Shown here one piece after another: positions 39,189 through 47,314 of a stretch of 56,158 bases of DNA. The first letter of the stretch is position 1, and each line of letters starts with the position of its first letter. The position numbers were made by a program, and so were the translations under genes. The notes beneath the pieces are model-generated. The model did no database searches. It was not told where the DNA came from and saw nothing but the letters and a program-made list of their open reading frames with translations. Source of the DNA: a virus (taxonomy: Duplodnaviria > Caudoviricetes); the IMG/VR virus record IMGVR_UViG_3300022902_001182, positions 1-56,158 of that record. One strand, 5' to 3'.

Positions 39189-40028
39189 TTATGTGCAATG
39201 TTTTGATTTGTAAAATTCACAAGTACCAAATCTGTCCTTACAACTAACGCAGGCAGATCTGTTTTTTGTATAGTTCTTTTTTTCAATGTTACTCAACGCT
39301 TTGGTTAGAAGAGCTAAGGCATCGGTTGTTCTCTTTTTGGCAGCGGTCACCCTTACAAATTCTGCCTTCTTTCCTGCCTTGGCAGTTCGCTTGAGCAAGA
39401 CAAAATGACATTCAATATCTTTAGGATCCACATCATACTTTTTGGACCAAAAGTGCTTATAAAACACTAGCTGATATGATAAAATCTTATCATTCTTTTT
39501 TTGAGGTTGCCAGCCCCACGAGCAGGTCTTCCAATCAATCAGATGAACCTTCTTGTCCTTTTTACTCATGATTACAAGATCAATAAATCCTTTGAACTTT
39601 TTGTCCACATCTGTAAACTCAGTTATTGGTTCATAAAGTTGTTCTTCTGCTTTGAGAACTTCCCAGTCCTCTCCTAGTTTGCCGAATTTCTCAGCCAAAC
39701 AAGTATATAAATCAGGAATAATCTCTATTCCCTTCTCTAACCATTCTTTCAGATTGAAGTTCTTTTTTGCCTCAGCTTGCATGTCTTGGGGCAGAGCTTT
39801 TAGTTCAGCCAAAAATTGCTCTTTAACTAGTGATTTGATTTTTCCAGAAGATCTATAATCCTCTGGCTTTGATAAGGTATATTCACACACCGTATGAATT
39901 GCTTTTCCAAATGCGGTGTGGATATTTCCATCAAATTGAGTTATTTTATCAATATAAGTCAACTTGTGATACTGTGGGCAAATATACCAGTTCTTCCACT
40001 CAGAATATGAAATGTGTTTTCCGACCAA
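39189..40028 (-). CDS. PD-(D/E)XK nuclease (RecB/Cas4-like) with Cys cluster
   Basis: ISYSE...CP, GKAIH, KGFIDLV, LIDWKT, QLVFY, and C-terminal CVSC...CEF...C. Confidence 0.88.
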   Translation of the reverse strand: MVGKHISYSEWKNWYICPQYHKLTYIDKITQFDGNIHTAFGKAIHTVCEYTLSKPEDYRSSGKIKSLVKEQFLAELKALPQDMQAEAKKNFNLKEWLEKGIEIIPDLYTCLAEKFGKLGEDWEVLKAEEQLYEPITEFTDVDKKFKGFIDLVIMSKKDKKVHLIDWKTCSWGWQPQKKNDKILSYQLVFYKHFWSKKYDVDPKDIECHFVLLKRTAKAGKKAEFVRVTAAKKRTTDALALLTKALSNIEKKNYTKNRSACVSCKDRFGTCEFYKSKHCT

Positions 40029-40046
40029 TGTAACCTTCTTTCTATC

Positions 40047-40712
40047 TTATTTTCTAATAAGATGAAGTTCTTTTATTTTCATATATAAAGCTGGGGATAT
40101 TTTATATAACTCATCTGCTTTACCTAAATAGTATGATTCAAATCCAGTCGCAAAATATTCTCTCAAGGAAACGGCTGCGTATGGACGAATGAACAATCCG
40201 GTTGATATCATTTTTAGCATATTATTGCCAACATATTTATATAAGAATTTATCAAATGCTACGTCATACTTTAGATTTCGGAAGTCATACTTTTCAGTCC
40301 AATATCCTTCGCTCCTTAGTTCATATAAGAGTTGCTGTCTCTTTTCTAAAAACTCGGCAATTATATTAGTGTCTGAATAAATCTGTTCTGCAAACTGAGT
40401 TTCCATATGATGAGCAAACTCGTGGACTATATCGTCTAACAAATCCTCTGGGTTGTCTTGTCTATTGGTAATATAAAAGATTCCAGATTTATAAAAAGCA
40501 TTGATATCTCTTTCCTCAAATTCTTTTTTATGTCCTATTTCAATCATTTTCACACCATGAAGAAAGTGAGGTGGGAATTTGTCTTCTATCGTTTTTAGTA
40601 TTGCCTGGAGATTAAAACCTGCTGGTAGCGGATCTACTTCTTCCACACGAATATTACCAAACCTAATAGATCGGGTTGTATTTTTAACTTTCTCCGCAAT
40701 ATATTTTTTCAT
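40047..40712 (-). CDS. Zincin-like metallopeptidase
   Basis: HEFAH (HExxH) with downstream REYFA third-ligand motif. Confidence 0.7.
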   Translation of the reverse strand: MKKYIAEKVKNTTRSIRFGNIRVEEVDPLPAGFNLQAILKTIEDKFPPHFLHGVKMIEIGHKKEFEERDINAFYKSGIFYITNRQDNPEDLLDDIVHEFAHHMETQFAEQIYSDTNIIAEFLEKRQQLLYELRSEGYWTEKYDFRNLKYDVAFDKFLYKYVGNNMLKMISTGLFIRPYAAVSLREYFATGFESYYLGKADELYKISPALYMKIKELHLIRK

Positions 40713-42028
40713 AATATTTCGGCTGCTAATGTCGCCAGCTTAGATCTTTCCCCTTTTTTCAAGGTAACGTGACCGGATATCTCAAATTCTTTGAACTTTT
40801 CCACTGCGTGAGTAAGACCATTGGAAACAGCATCAACGTATGAATTGTCAATTTGTTGAATATCTCCTGTTAGTACCAACTTGGTTCCATGTCCTACCCT
40901 TGTTATTATAGTCTTTAATTCGTGTGCTGTTAAGTTTTGAGCTTCATCAACAATCAAAAAGGCATTTGATATAGACCTGCCACGGATATAAGTCATCGCC
41001 TCAATCTCTATAACCCCCTGTTCCATGTGCATTTCCATAGCCGATCTATCCCCGAATAAAAATTCTAGATTGTCTCTAAGCGGAGCAATCCAGGGTAACA
41101 TTTTTTCTTCAATAGTGCCTGGTAAAAAACCTATATCTCTGCCCATGGGTTGTACCGGCCTCGTTATTATCAGCTTATTATAGCCGCCGCCTTCACGAGT
41201 TTTATTTAGAACCTGCTCTAGTCCACATGCAGCCGCTATTAGTGTTTTCCCAGTACCAGCCTGCCCTGTAAGTGAGAGGATATGTACATTTCTATCAAAG
41301 AGTAGGTCCATGGCAAACGTTTGTTCTTTATTGTTAGCAGAGAGTCCCCAAATATCTTTATATTTCTGTAGTTTTTTTATTTTATTTTCGGACTTTACAT
41401 ATCTCCCCATAGCAGATTGGAGATTGTCTGAACATGTGTCTGCCTTGAGCAGTACAAACTGATTTGGATATAACTCTATTTCTTTTTCTATATCTTCTGA
41501 GGATATAAAACCATTTTGATAAAATTCATCTATCACTTTACTAGAAGAACTAATTTCTATTGCGCCATCAAATAGTTTGTCCGCAGATTGTACTGCTTGT
41601 TGTGGTTGATAATCAAAACACTCAATCCCAAACGAATCGCACTTGACTCGCATATTCAAGTCACGAGAGATTACTGCCACATTTTTTCCCTCTATTTTCA
41701 TTCTTAGAGCGGTGGCAATTATTTTATTGTCTGAATCTTCTGTATCCATACCACTTGGCATATACCTTGGGTCGTATTGGGCTACAAATACTTTACCCAA
41801 GCTATCACCGAGGGGGGCACCAATGCTTAAACTGCCCTTTGATCTTAGTTTGTCTAAAAGACGATTCATTGAACGTGCATTTAGTCCAGCCATATCTTGT
41901 CTGTGCTTGTGCTTGTCTATCTCATCAAGGACAATGGTGGGGATCGCTATGTCATTTTCCCCAAATGAAAAGAGCGAGTTTGCCTCGGTCAAAAAAACGT
42001 TTGTATCTAACACTAGAGTCTTTACCAT
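40709..42028 (-). CDS. phoH: PIN-domain PhoH-family protein (PhoH2-like)
   Basis: VLDTNVF...DNKII...SRDLNMRVK PIN domain; GQAGTGKT, IGFLPG, RGRS, DEAQN, TGDIQQID. Confidence 0.95.
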   Translation of the reverse strand: MVKTLVLDTNVFLTEANSLFSFGENDIAIPTIVLDEIDKHKHRQDMAGLNARSMNRLLDKLRSKGSLSIGAPLGDSLGKVFVAQYDPRYMPSGMDTEDSDNKIIATALRMKIEGKNVAVISRDLNMRVKCDSFGIECFDYQPQQAVQSADKLFDGAIEISSSSKVIDEFYQNGFISSEDIEKEIELYPNQFVLLKADTCSDNLQSAMGRYVKSENKIKKLQKYKDIWGLSANNKEQTFAMDLLFDRNVHILSLTGQAGTGKTLIAAACGLEQVLNKTREGGGYNKLIITRPVQPMGRDIGFLPGTIEEKMLPWIAPLRDNLEFLFGDRSAMEMHMEQGVIEIEAMTYIRGRSISNAFLIVDEAQNLTAHELKTIITRVGHGTKLVLTGDIQQIDNSYVDAVSNGLTHAVEKFKEFEISGHVTLKKGERSKLATLAAEIL

Positions 42029-42055
42029 AATAATCTCCTAAACAGGTGCTTATTA

Positions 42056-42063
42056 TAAGTAGA
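42056..42063 (-). promoter_or_regulatory. Putative late promoter (TCTACTTA) heading the PhoH-glycan operon
   Basis: Motif lies between the tmRNA terminator and the AGGAG SD of phoH. Confidence 0.5.
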
Positions 42064-42075
42064 TTTTTAATTAAT

Positions 42076-42105
42076 AAAAAAGCTGCCAATATTGGTGGCT
42101 TTTTT
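42076..42105 (-). terminator. Intrinsic terminator after tmRNA (possibly bidirectional)
   Basis: aaaaaa-gctgccaat-attggtggc-tttttt inverted repeat flanked by A and T tracts. Confidence 0.8.
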
Positions 42106-42110
42106 ATATT

Positions 42111-42451
42111 TGGTGGAGGTGGACGGTATCGAACCGTCGTCTTGAAAGTGTCCATAAACTAGTCATTCACAGGGTTAGTATGCGCCTTTATCGTCGTAGC
42201 AACGTTGACTATCTCATCCTTCTTTATTTAGCCTCGGAGTTTATGAGCAATGCCGAACGAGGGTTCTATTCAAAAAGCAACTTTCTGTTTATTGGCAGTC
42301 ACCGCCTCAAGAGTGGTTAGGTTATTACGCCGCCATCTCTAGGTTGAAATTGTCATTTGCAATTATCTTTTTAAGCGTTTTTAGTGAGCCACGCTTCCCT
42401 CACCCCTGCACTAGTTTATATCTTCCTCCCAATCGAATCCATTTCACCCCC
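42111..42451 (-). ncRNA. ssrA: tmRNA, one-piece; tag reading frame ANDNFNLEMAA* at 42360-42325
   Basis: 5' GGGGGUGAAAUGGAUUCGA; 3' GACGACGGUUCGAUACCGUCCACCUCCACCA; acceptor stem with G3.U70; resume codon GCA; tandem UAA stops. Confidence 0.96.
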
Positions 42452-42463
42452 ATAACCTTATAC

Positions 42464-42492
42464 AATATACCCTATGATATAGAATTTGTCAA
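42464..42492 (-). promoter_or_regulatory. Sigma70-type promoter for tmRNA: TTGACA-N17-TATATT
   Basis: Perfect -35 (42492-42487), 17-nt spacer, -10 at 42469-42464, 12 nt before the mature 5' end. Confidence 0.8.
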
Positions 42493-42505
42493 TCTATTTA
42501 TTTTT

Positions 42506-42605
42506 AGAAAGTAGTTAAAGCTGTTAAAACTAAGAAAAGTAGTTAAAACTGTTAAATCTGTTAAAGCTAAGAAAAGTAGTTAAAGCTGTTAAAGCTGTTA
42601 AAACT
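42506..42605. repeat. Intergenic array of eight GTTAAA(G/A/T)CT 9-mers in 2+3+3 blocks separated by AAGAAAAGTA
   Basis: agaaagta gttaaagct gttaaaact aagaaaagta gttaaaact gttaaatct gttaaagct aagaaaagta gttaaagct gttaaagct gttaaaact. Confidence 0.9.
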
Positions 42606-42614
42606 AACAAATGC

Positions 42615-42642
42615 ATTATAATTCAATTTGAAAAGTTGTTAA
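42615..42642 (-). promoter_or_regulatory. Sigma70-like promoter TTAACA-N16-TATAAT pointing into the repeat array
   Basis: Perfect -10 at 42620-42615 and one-mismatch -35 at 42642-42637. Confidence 0.45.
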
Positions 42643-42661
42643 GTTAAAAAATGAAACTTAT

Positions 42662-43480
42662 TTAAAGATCGTCAAACTCTTCATCGCCGAGGAGGTCCCC
42701 TTCGTCTCCGGAGGGGCTGTCTTCTTCCGCGGTTTCTGATGCCTCAACAGCCTTGTCTACCTCATCTTCATATTCTGGAGTTGTTGTATCTGGGAGTTCG
42801 GGTGCTAGCTCATCTTCAAACTTATCAAAATATAGAAGAGCATTTGTCAATAAATAATCATAAAACAAGTCTTGGTCTTTTTCGTCGGCCAACATGTCGT
42901 AAGCATCAACTATTTGTTTTTCTATTTTTTTGAAGGAGGTCGCTGCAAAGTTTCTTCCTGTTTCATTCTGATCATCTAGCACTACAAAATCATCGGCGTC
43001 ACTATCGCCGTCGCCATCAATATCAATAAACTCACCCTCTATTGACTCACTAGCCTCTTCTTCGTCCTCAATATCAATTACTATTTTCTCAGAAAGTGTT
43101 TCTTCATCTATTTCAAACTCATAGCTCTCTGGTATTTTCTCTGCGACGGTTGTTACATCAATTGGTCTTATTGTATTTTTAATAGCATGTATAATATGAT
43201 TACGGAATGATTCTCTTTGCTCCTCTGATGTTGTGAGCATTTTATAATCAATTTCAAGAACGGGGATAATTTTTTCTAGTAAGCTCGCGAGAACATTAAT
43301 ACCAGTGTAAGTACTAGCTTCTTCAGTACCAGTTTCGGTCTCTAATATCATAGACCTTACAACTTTCCTCAGTTTATTCTCTGCTAATCTTTTAGTTTTA
43401 AAGGACTTTTCTATACGATTTCGTACATAAGTTCTTATTAGCTCTTCAGCGATTAGTGTACTTCTTTTGATTTCATTCAT
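42662..43480 (-). CDS. Acidic hypothetical protein (possible prohead core/internal protein)
   Basis: Very Asp/Glu-rich; LAENKLRKVVRSMILETE segment. Start revised to MNEIKRS. Confidence 0.7.
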   Translation of the reverse strand: MNEIKRSTLIAEELIRTYVRNRIEKSFKTKRLAENKLRKVVRSMILETETGTEEASTYTGINVLASLLEKIIPVLEIDYKMLTTSEEQRESFRNHIIHAIKNTIRPIDVTTVAEKIPESYEFEIDEETLSEKIVIDIEDEEEASESIEGEFIDIDGDGDSDADDFVVLDDQNETGRNFAATSFKKIEKQIVDAYDMLADEKDQDLFYDYLLTNALLYFDKFEDELAPELPDTTTPEYEDEVDKAVEASETAEEDSPSGDEGDLLGDEEFDDL

Positions 43481-43490
43481 GATACTATAT

Positions 43491-45482
43491 TTATCTCCGA
43501 CGTTGCCGTTTCGCTTTTTTAACTTTTGGGCGTATGGTCGTTGTTTTTTTATAAGGATTATAAGTGTTCGGACTGCCAAAGCCAACAGTACCTGCTGGAC
43601 CCTCTACTGCACCCGCTCCCATTGCAGACATCTCTTCAATTTTACTATCAACAAAATTGTCAATATTCATAGATTCTCCGATATCAGAACTAACAATATT
43701 CCATATCATATCTTTGTCTACCGTATTTGGCAGATATTTTAGAAAAGTATCTTTATCGCCTACAGAAATAGCTTGTCTCATATCTCGTGCGCTGTATACA
43801 GTTCCATCTCTTGACTTAACTGGGTCTTCTATAATATAGTCTACCTTGACACCAGGATTTTTTCTTTCAGCATATGACTGGGCTCCATCAAATCTTGTAT
43901 CTCCCACATCTTTGCTGCTTTTGATCAGCAATACAGTATCTCCATCTGATACCTTCATAGAATCAGCAACAAACTCATATACACCTTGTACCGGACTTCT
44001 ATATTCTGATACTTCAACACTTATTTTAGGGTTAGCTCCTGCCAAATAAAGATTCCAGATTTTTAAAGCTTGTTCATTATTCACTTCATTTCTATTGACT
44101 GGAGAGATAATGATTTTCACTTCATCAACATCTTTTCTATTAGCTATTTTGTTAACGTACTGTAAGTGTCCTTTATGCGGGGGCTTGAATTTTCCTGGGA
44201 ATAGAGCTATTCTCTTTCCGGAAATTTCAGATAATATCTCGCCCTTTGTATATATTCCTTCAGAGGTTACGCCCTTGGAGACTCTTCCATATTTGAATAA
44301 TCCTAATATTTGGTTTATTGGAGCATAATTCCCAGTAAATTTGTAGATATGATCATCATATTGAAATACAATGCCCTCTACCGGGGTTGTAATACGACTC
44401 ATATCTCCAATTTTATTTAGATGCCTTTGAAGAATCTCCATACTGTTTGGATCATCCTCTCCTTTTTCAGTGATATCATTTACAGCATTGGCTAACTCTT
44501 TGCGTATCCGTTCAACTTCTGCACTTCCATCAACAATAAACAAGCTTTGGATACCCTTGAGAACCTCTACCGAAAACTCATGGACAACCATCTCTATTGG
44601 TGAGATCGCCATATTTAAAATTTCACTCTTATTCCGGATAATATCATTTAGATCTTCTAGTTCATCTTCCTTCAAACCCTTTTTGAGTGCTCTTAGTCCA
44701 ACATTCCCCGGAAGCTTGAGAAGGTATTTTACTATTTCATCCTTTAGAGATCCTCTGATTTCAGAATCTATTCCGGCATATATTCTACTATAAACATAAC
44801 TACCGACGTTATCTTTTTCCGTTCTTCCTGCATCACTCAGAGCAATATCTATTTTTTGATAGGCATCACTCAATATTGTGTCATCTGATAACTTCTGAAG
44901 CTGAACCACCGCTCGGCGCATGATCTGAAAATCATCTTCGGAGATAGTTCTCTGCATGAGTTCTAACTGACCGTCTAATAGATCAAGCCTGTCTTCTAAT
45001 CCTTCAAATATTTTCTTACCGGTAGCCTTATCGTATATAAAATGCCCAGTATCATGTATTTTTATTATCTTTTCATCATAACTTATAACATTTTTTGAGG
45101 CAGGATCCATAATCTCTGCGTTATACCAAACATTGGCATCACTGCCAAATACTGCCACCCTCTGATTAGGAGTGAGAGCATTTACAGCTTTCTCAAAAGT
45201 TTCAAATCCATTTGTAAAGGCTGCGGTCAAGACACCTCTATCGGCAAACTTGTGTGCCAGTTCTCGCGCCGTCAATCCACCTTTCCTTAGATTAGAAAGG
45301 TTTCTTGCAGCCTTCGCTATCCCCTCTTTTTCGGAGAAGGATATAAAAAGGTTTTGCCCATCAACCTTCTCTTCTGCTACTAAATCGCCTTCAGCAACCG
45401 CAGCCATTATCTCTTTCATTTTTAAAAAAGATAAAGAGGGGTTGTCATATAAGTGGGACATGTGTCCTGCAACACCACCCAT
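43491..45482 (-). CDS. Fusion of an RNA-ligase-like covalent nucleotidyltransferase domain and an HxGH cytidylyltransferase-like domain
   Basis: EEKVDGQN (motif I KxDG), NAEI, VEGIVF (motif IV), IYKFTG (motif V); then FPGKFKPPHKGH ... SARDMR. Confidence 0.75.
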   Translation of the reverse strand: MGGVAGHMSHLYDNPSLSFLKMKEIMAAVAEGDLVAEEKVDGQNLFISFSEKEGIAKAARNLSNLRKGGLTARELAHKFADRGVLTAAFTNGFETFEKAVNALTPNQRVAVFGSDANVWYNAEIMDPASKNVISYDEKIIKIHDTGHFIYDKATGKKIFEGLEDRLDLLDGQLELMQRTISEDDFQIMRRAVVQLQKLSDDTILSDAYQKIDIALSDAGRTEKDNVGSYVYSRIYAGIDSEIRGSLKDEIVKYLLKLPGNVGLRALKKGLKEDELEDLNDIIRNKSEILNMAISPIEMVVHEFSVEVLKGIQSLFIVDGSAEVERIRKELANAVNDITEKGEDDPNSMEILQRHLNKIGDMSRITTPVEGIVFQYDDHIYKFTGNYAPINQILGLFKYGRVSKGVTSEGIYTKGEILSEISGKRIALFPGKFKPPHKGHLQYVNKIANRKDVDEVKIIISPVNRNEVNNEQALKIWNLYLAGANPKISVEVSEYRSPVQGVYEFVADSMKVSDGDTVLLIKSSKDVGDTRFDGAQSYAERKNPGVKVDYIIEDPVKSRDGTVYSARDMRQAISVGDKDTFLKYLPNTVDKDMIWNIVSSDIGESMNIDNFVDSKIEEMSAMGAGAVEGPAGTVGFGSPNTYNPYKKTTTIRPKVKKAKRQRRR

Positions 45483-45739
45483 TATTTGTCTCCTTTACTT
45501 TCTTCCAACAAATCCACTTGTTCTTCAAGATTACGAATTTGTTCTTCCATTTTCCTAAAGTGTCTTTTTAGATCACGCAGATGTTCTCTCGCCAGGCTTA
45601 GCCTATGAGAATCCTTTTTACTGCTTGGGCGGATTTGTTCTACTAAATCAAATAAAGATTGGATATAAGAGACCCCGACGGGTCGCGAAGATTCTTTAAG
45701 CAAGAATTGCTTAGTAAGTCTGTCTAACATTTGTTTCAT
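45482..45739 (-). CDS. Hypothetical coiled-coil protein
   Basis: 85 aa, translationally coupled on both sides. Confidence 0.7.
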   Translation of the reverse strand: MKQMLDRLTKQFLLKESSRPVGVSYIQSLFDLVEQIRPSSKKDSHRLSLAREHLRDLKRHFRKMEEQIRNLEEQVDLLEESKGDK

Positions 45740-46023
45740 TTTTTAGACTTAGAATGCTTGACTGCTGTAACCTTGGGCTGTACAGTACGCGCAGGTTGTG
45801 CAGGTTGTACAGCCTTAGGTTTTGCCGTAAATGACATCTTATGCGCTGATTCTTTAGCTGGTACCTTTACTGCGGGCGCAGGTGCTTTTGCAGATAAAAC
45901 CGCAGATTCAAGATCTGCCGCTTCACCAGTACTTAAAAATCCCTTATTGTTTTCCCAAAATGTCATATCTCCCGCAAGTAATGCTATTTCCAGTCTTGCT
46001 CTCCATTTAGCGTTGCTAGCCAT
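45736..46023 (-). CDS. Hypothetical protein with Ala/Lys/Pro-rich tail
   Basis: AAGGAG SD; late-promoter-like ACTATATA at 46073-46066. Confidence 0.7.
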   Translation of the reverse strand: MASNAKWRARLEIALLAGDMTFWENNKGFLSTGEAADLESAVLSAKAPAPAVKVPAKESAHKMSFTAKPKAVQPAQPARTVQPKVTAVKHSKSKK

Positions 46024-46124
46024 AATTATTTCTCCTTAAATGTAAAGTGGGTAACTAATGCACAATATATAGTATATAGCAACCCTTATTTATCCATATC
46101 TCGGCAAACAAGAAATCAATATCC

Positions 46125-46550
46125 CTAACAGCTTCCCGAGGTGACAGTCAATAATCCACTATCGGTTATATCCATGGAAAAGCAAGTTCCATCTGATGAT
46201 TTTAATATTATTGTGTTAGACGCATCACTTTGTGACATAGCTGTCAATAATCCAGCGTCGGTTACACCTACTGAATAATAATCTCCGTTCGGCGATCGGA
46301 TTGATATTGATCCAATACTACCACCGCCACTACTACCGGTAGAAGATCCAACTCCAAGTATAACCGCTGCTTCTGCGGGTGATATACCGGCAATTTGGCT
46401 AGGACTACCAGATGACGTCAGAAAATATCCATTAATATTATTACTAATACCTATAAAAGATCCGGACGCCGCTGAGCCGGATGGCTCAGGATCACCGCCC
46501 AACTCTAGGTTAATGGGTCCGAGCATCCGCCGTGCACCAAGAATACTCAT
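46125..46550 (-). CDS. Hypothetical Gly/Ser-rich virion-type protein with duplicated beta-hairpin motif
   Basis: ISIRSPNGDYYSVGVTDAGLLTA and IILKSSDGTCFSMDITDSGLLTV internal repeat. Confidence 0.65.
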   Translation of the reverse strand: MSILGARRMLGPINLELGGDPEPSGSAASGSFIGISNNINGYFLTSSGSPSQIAGISPAEAAVILGVGSSTGSSGGGSIGSISIRSPNGDYYSVGVTDAGLLTAMSQSDASNTIILKSSDGTCFSMDITDSGLLTVTSGSC

Positions 46551-46554
46551 TTAT

Positions 46555-47004
46555 TTAGCTTCCTGTTCCGTTATATCCAGCGCTGGGATTGTTGACATCT
46601 TCGGGATAGTGTCTCATAACAAAGCCAACAAGGTTGACTGAACTTCCAAGGCTGGCTTTTGCATATACTTCACATGTACGATGTGGAATCCCTGGATATA
46701 CCAAATATAAGCCATTCTGTTTTGTGAGGGGAGCTATAACTGTATCTGTAGCGCCGAATCCTGTGCCATCAAACGTAACACTGATATGTATGTTAGCACT
46801 GACCGCCCCATAATCATGAGCCCAGAGATACACCTCTTCCATGGAAGATGCAGAACAACTGTGAATGAGGGTAGCTGCAGTTCCTATTGCAATAGGTAAT
46901 CCATATGGACTTTCAGAGAGGGGAAATCTTGATGCCCCTCTGGCATTACTATTTAGAGCTTCTCCACTAAAAGTGGGTCCCTGAGGATTGGTACCAAATG
47001 ACAT
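46555..47004 (-). CDS. Hypothetical beta-rich protein (possible virion decoration)
   Basis: 149-aa ORF with GGAG SD, downstream of GATATTTA (47042-47035). Confidence 0.65.
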   Translation of the reverse strand: MSFGTNPQGPTFSGEALNSNARGASRFPLSESPYGLPIAIGTAATLIHSCSASSMEEVYLWAHDYGAVSANIHISVTFDGTGFGATDTVIAPLTKQNGLYLVYPGIPHRTCEVYAKASLGSSVNLVGFVMRHYPEDVNNPSAGYNGTGS

Positions 47005-47051
47005 TTATAATATACTCCAACAAATCTTACCTTATAAATATCTCCTAATAA

Positions 47052-47249
47052 CTAAATTTTCTCATCTCCGAACAAATCAAAGACTATTACGCCCCTATTA
47101 TTTTCTTGTTCTGTCGCAACCTTATTATAATTCTCCTCATAGAGAGGGAGAATAATGGGAAGATAAAGTAGATTTTCTTTCTCGCTTTCCTTTTTTTGCG
47201 ATATCACCCTCGGCGAGATAAACGGAACTAGTGGATAATATTTAAACAT
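47052..47249 (-). CDS. Hypothetical protein
   Basis: 65-aa ORF filling the gap between neighbours. Confidence 0.5.
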   Translation of the reverse strand: MFKYYPLVPFISPRVISQKKESEKENLLYLPIILPLYEENYNKVATEQENNRGVIVFDLFGDEKI

Positions 47250-47314
47250 TTTTAGTACCCTTTCAGAAATAAATATAACTGCACTTCTGTCAGACTCATT
47301 ATATCATAGAATAT

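Noticed and set aside
41952-42155. 67-aa minus-strand ORF
   Set aside because: It runs through the tmRNA 3' end, the terminator and the phoH start.
39189-42605. CRISPR-Cas interpretation (Cas4-like gene plus nearby repeats)
   Set aside because: The repeats are 9-10-bp units without unique spacers, and no cas1/cas2 or effector genes are present.
42530-42616. 28-codon minus-strand ORF through the repeat array (MHLLVLTALTALTTFLSFNRFNSFNYFS)
   Set aside because: The ATG overlaps the -10 box, there is no SD, and the 10-bp spacers shift frame, so the repeat is not codon-constrained.
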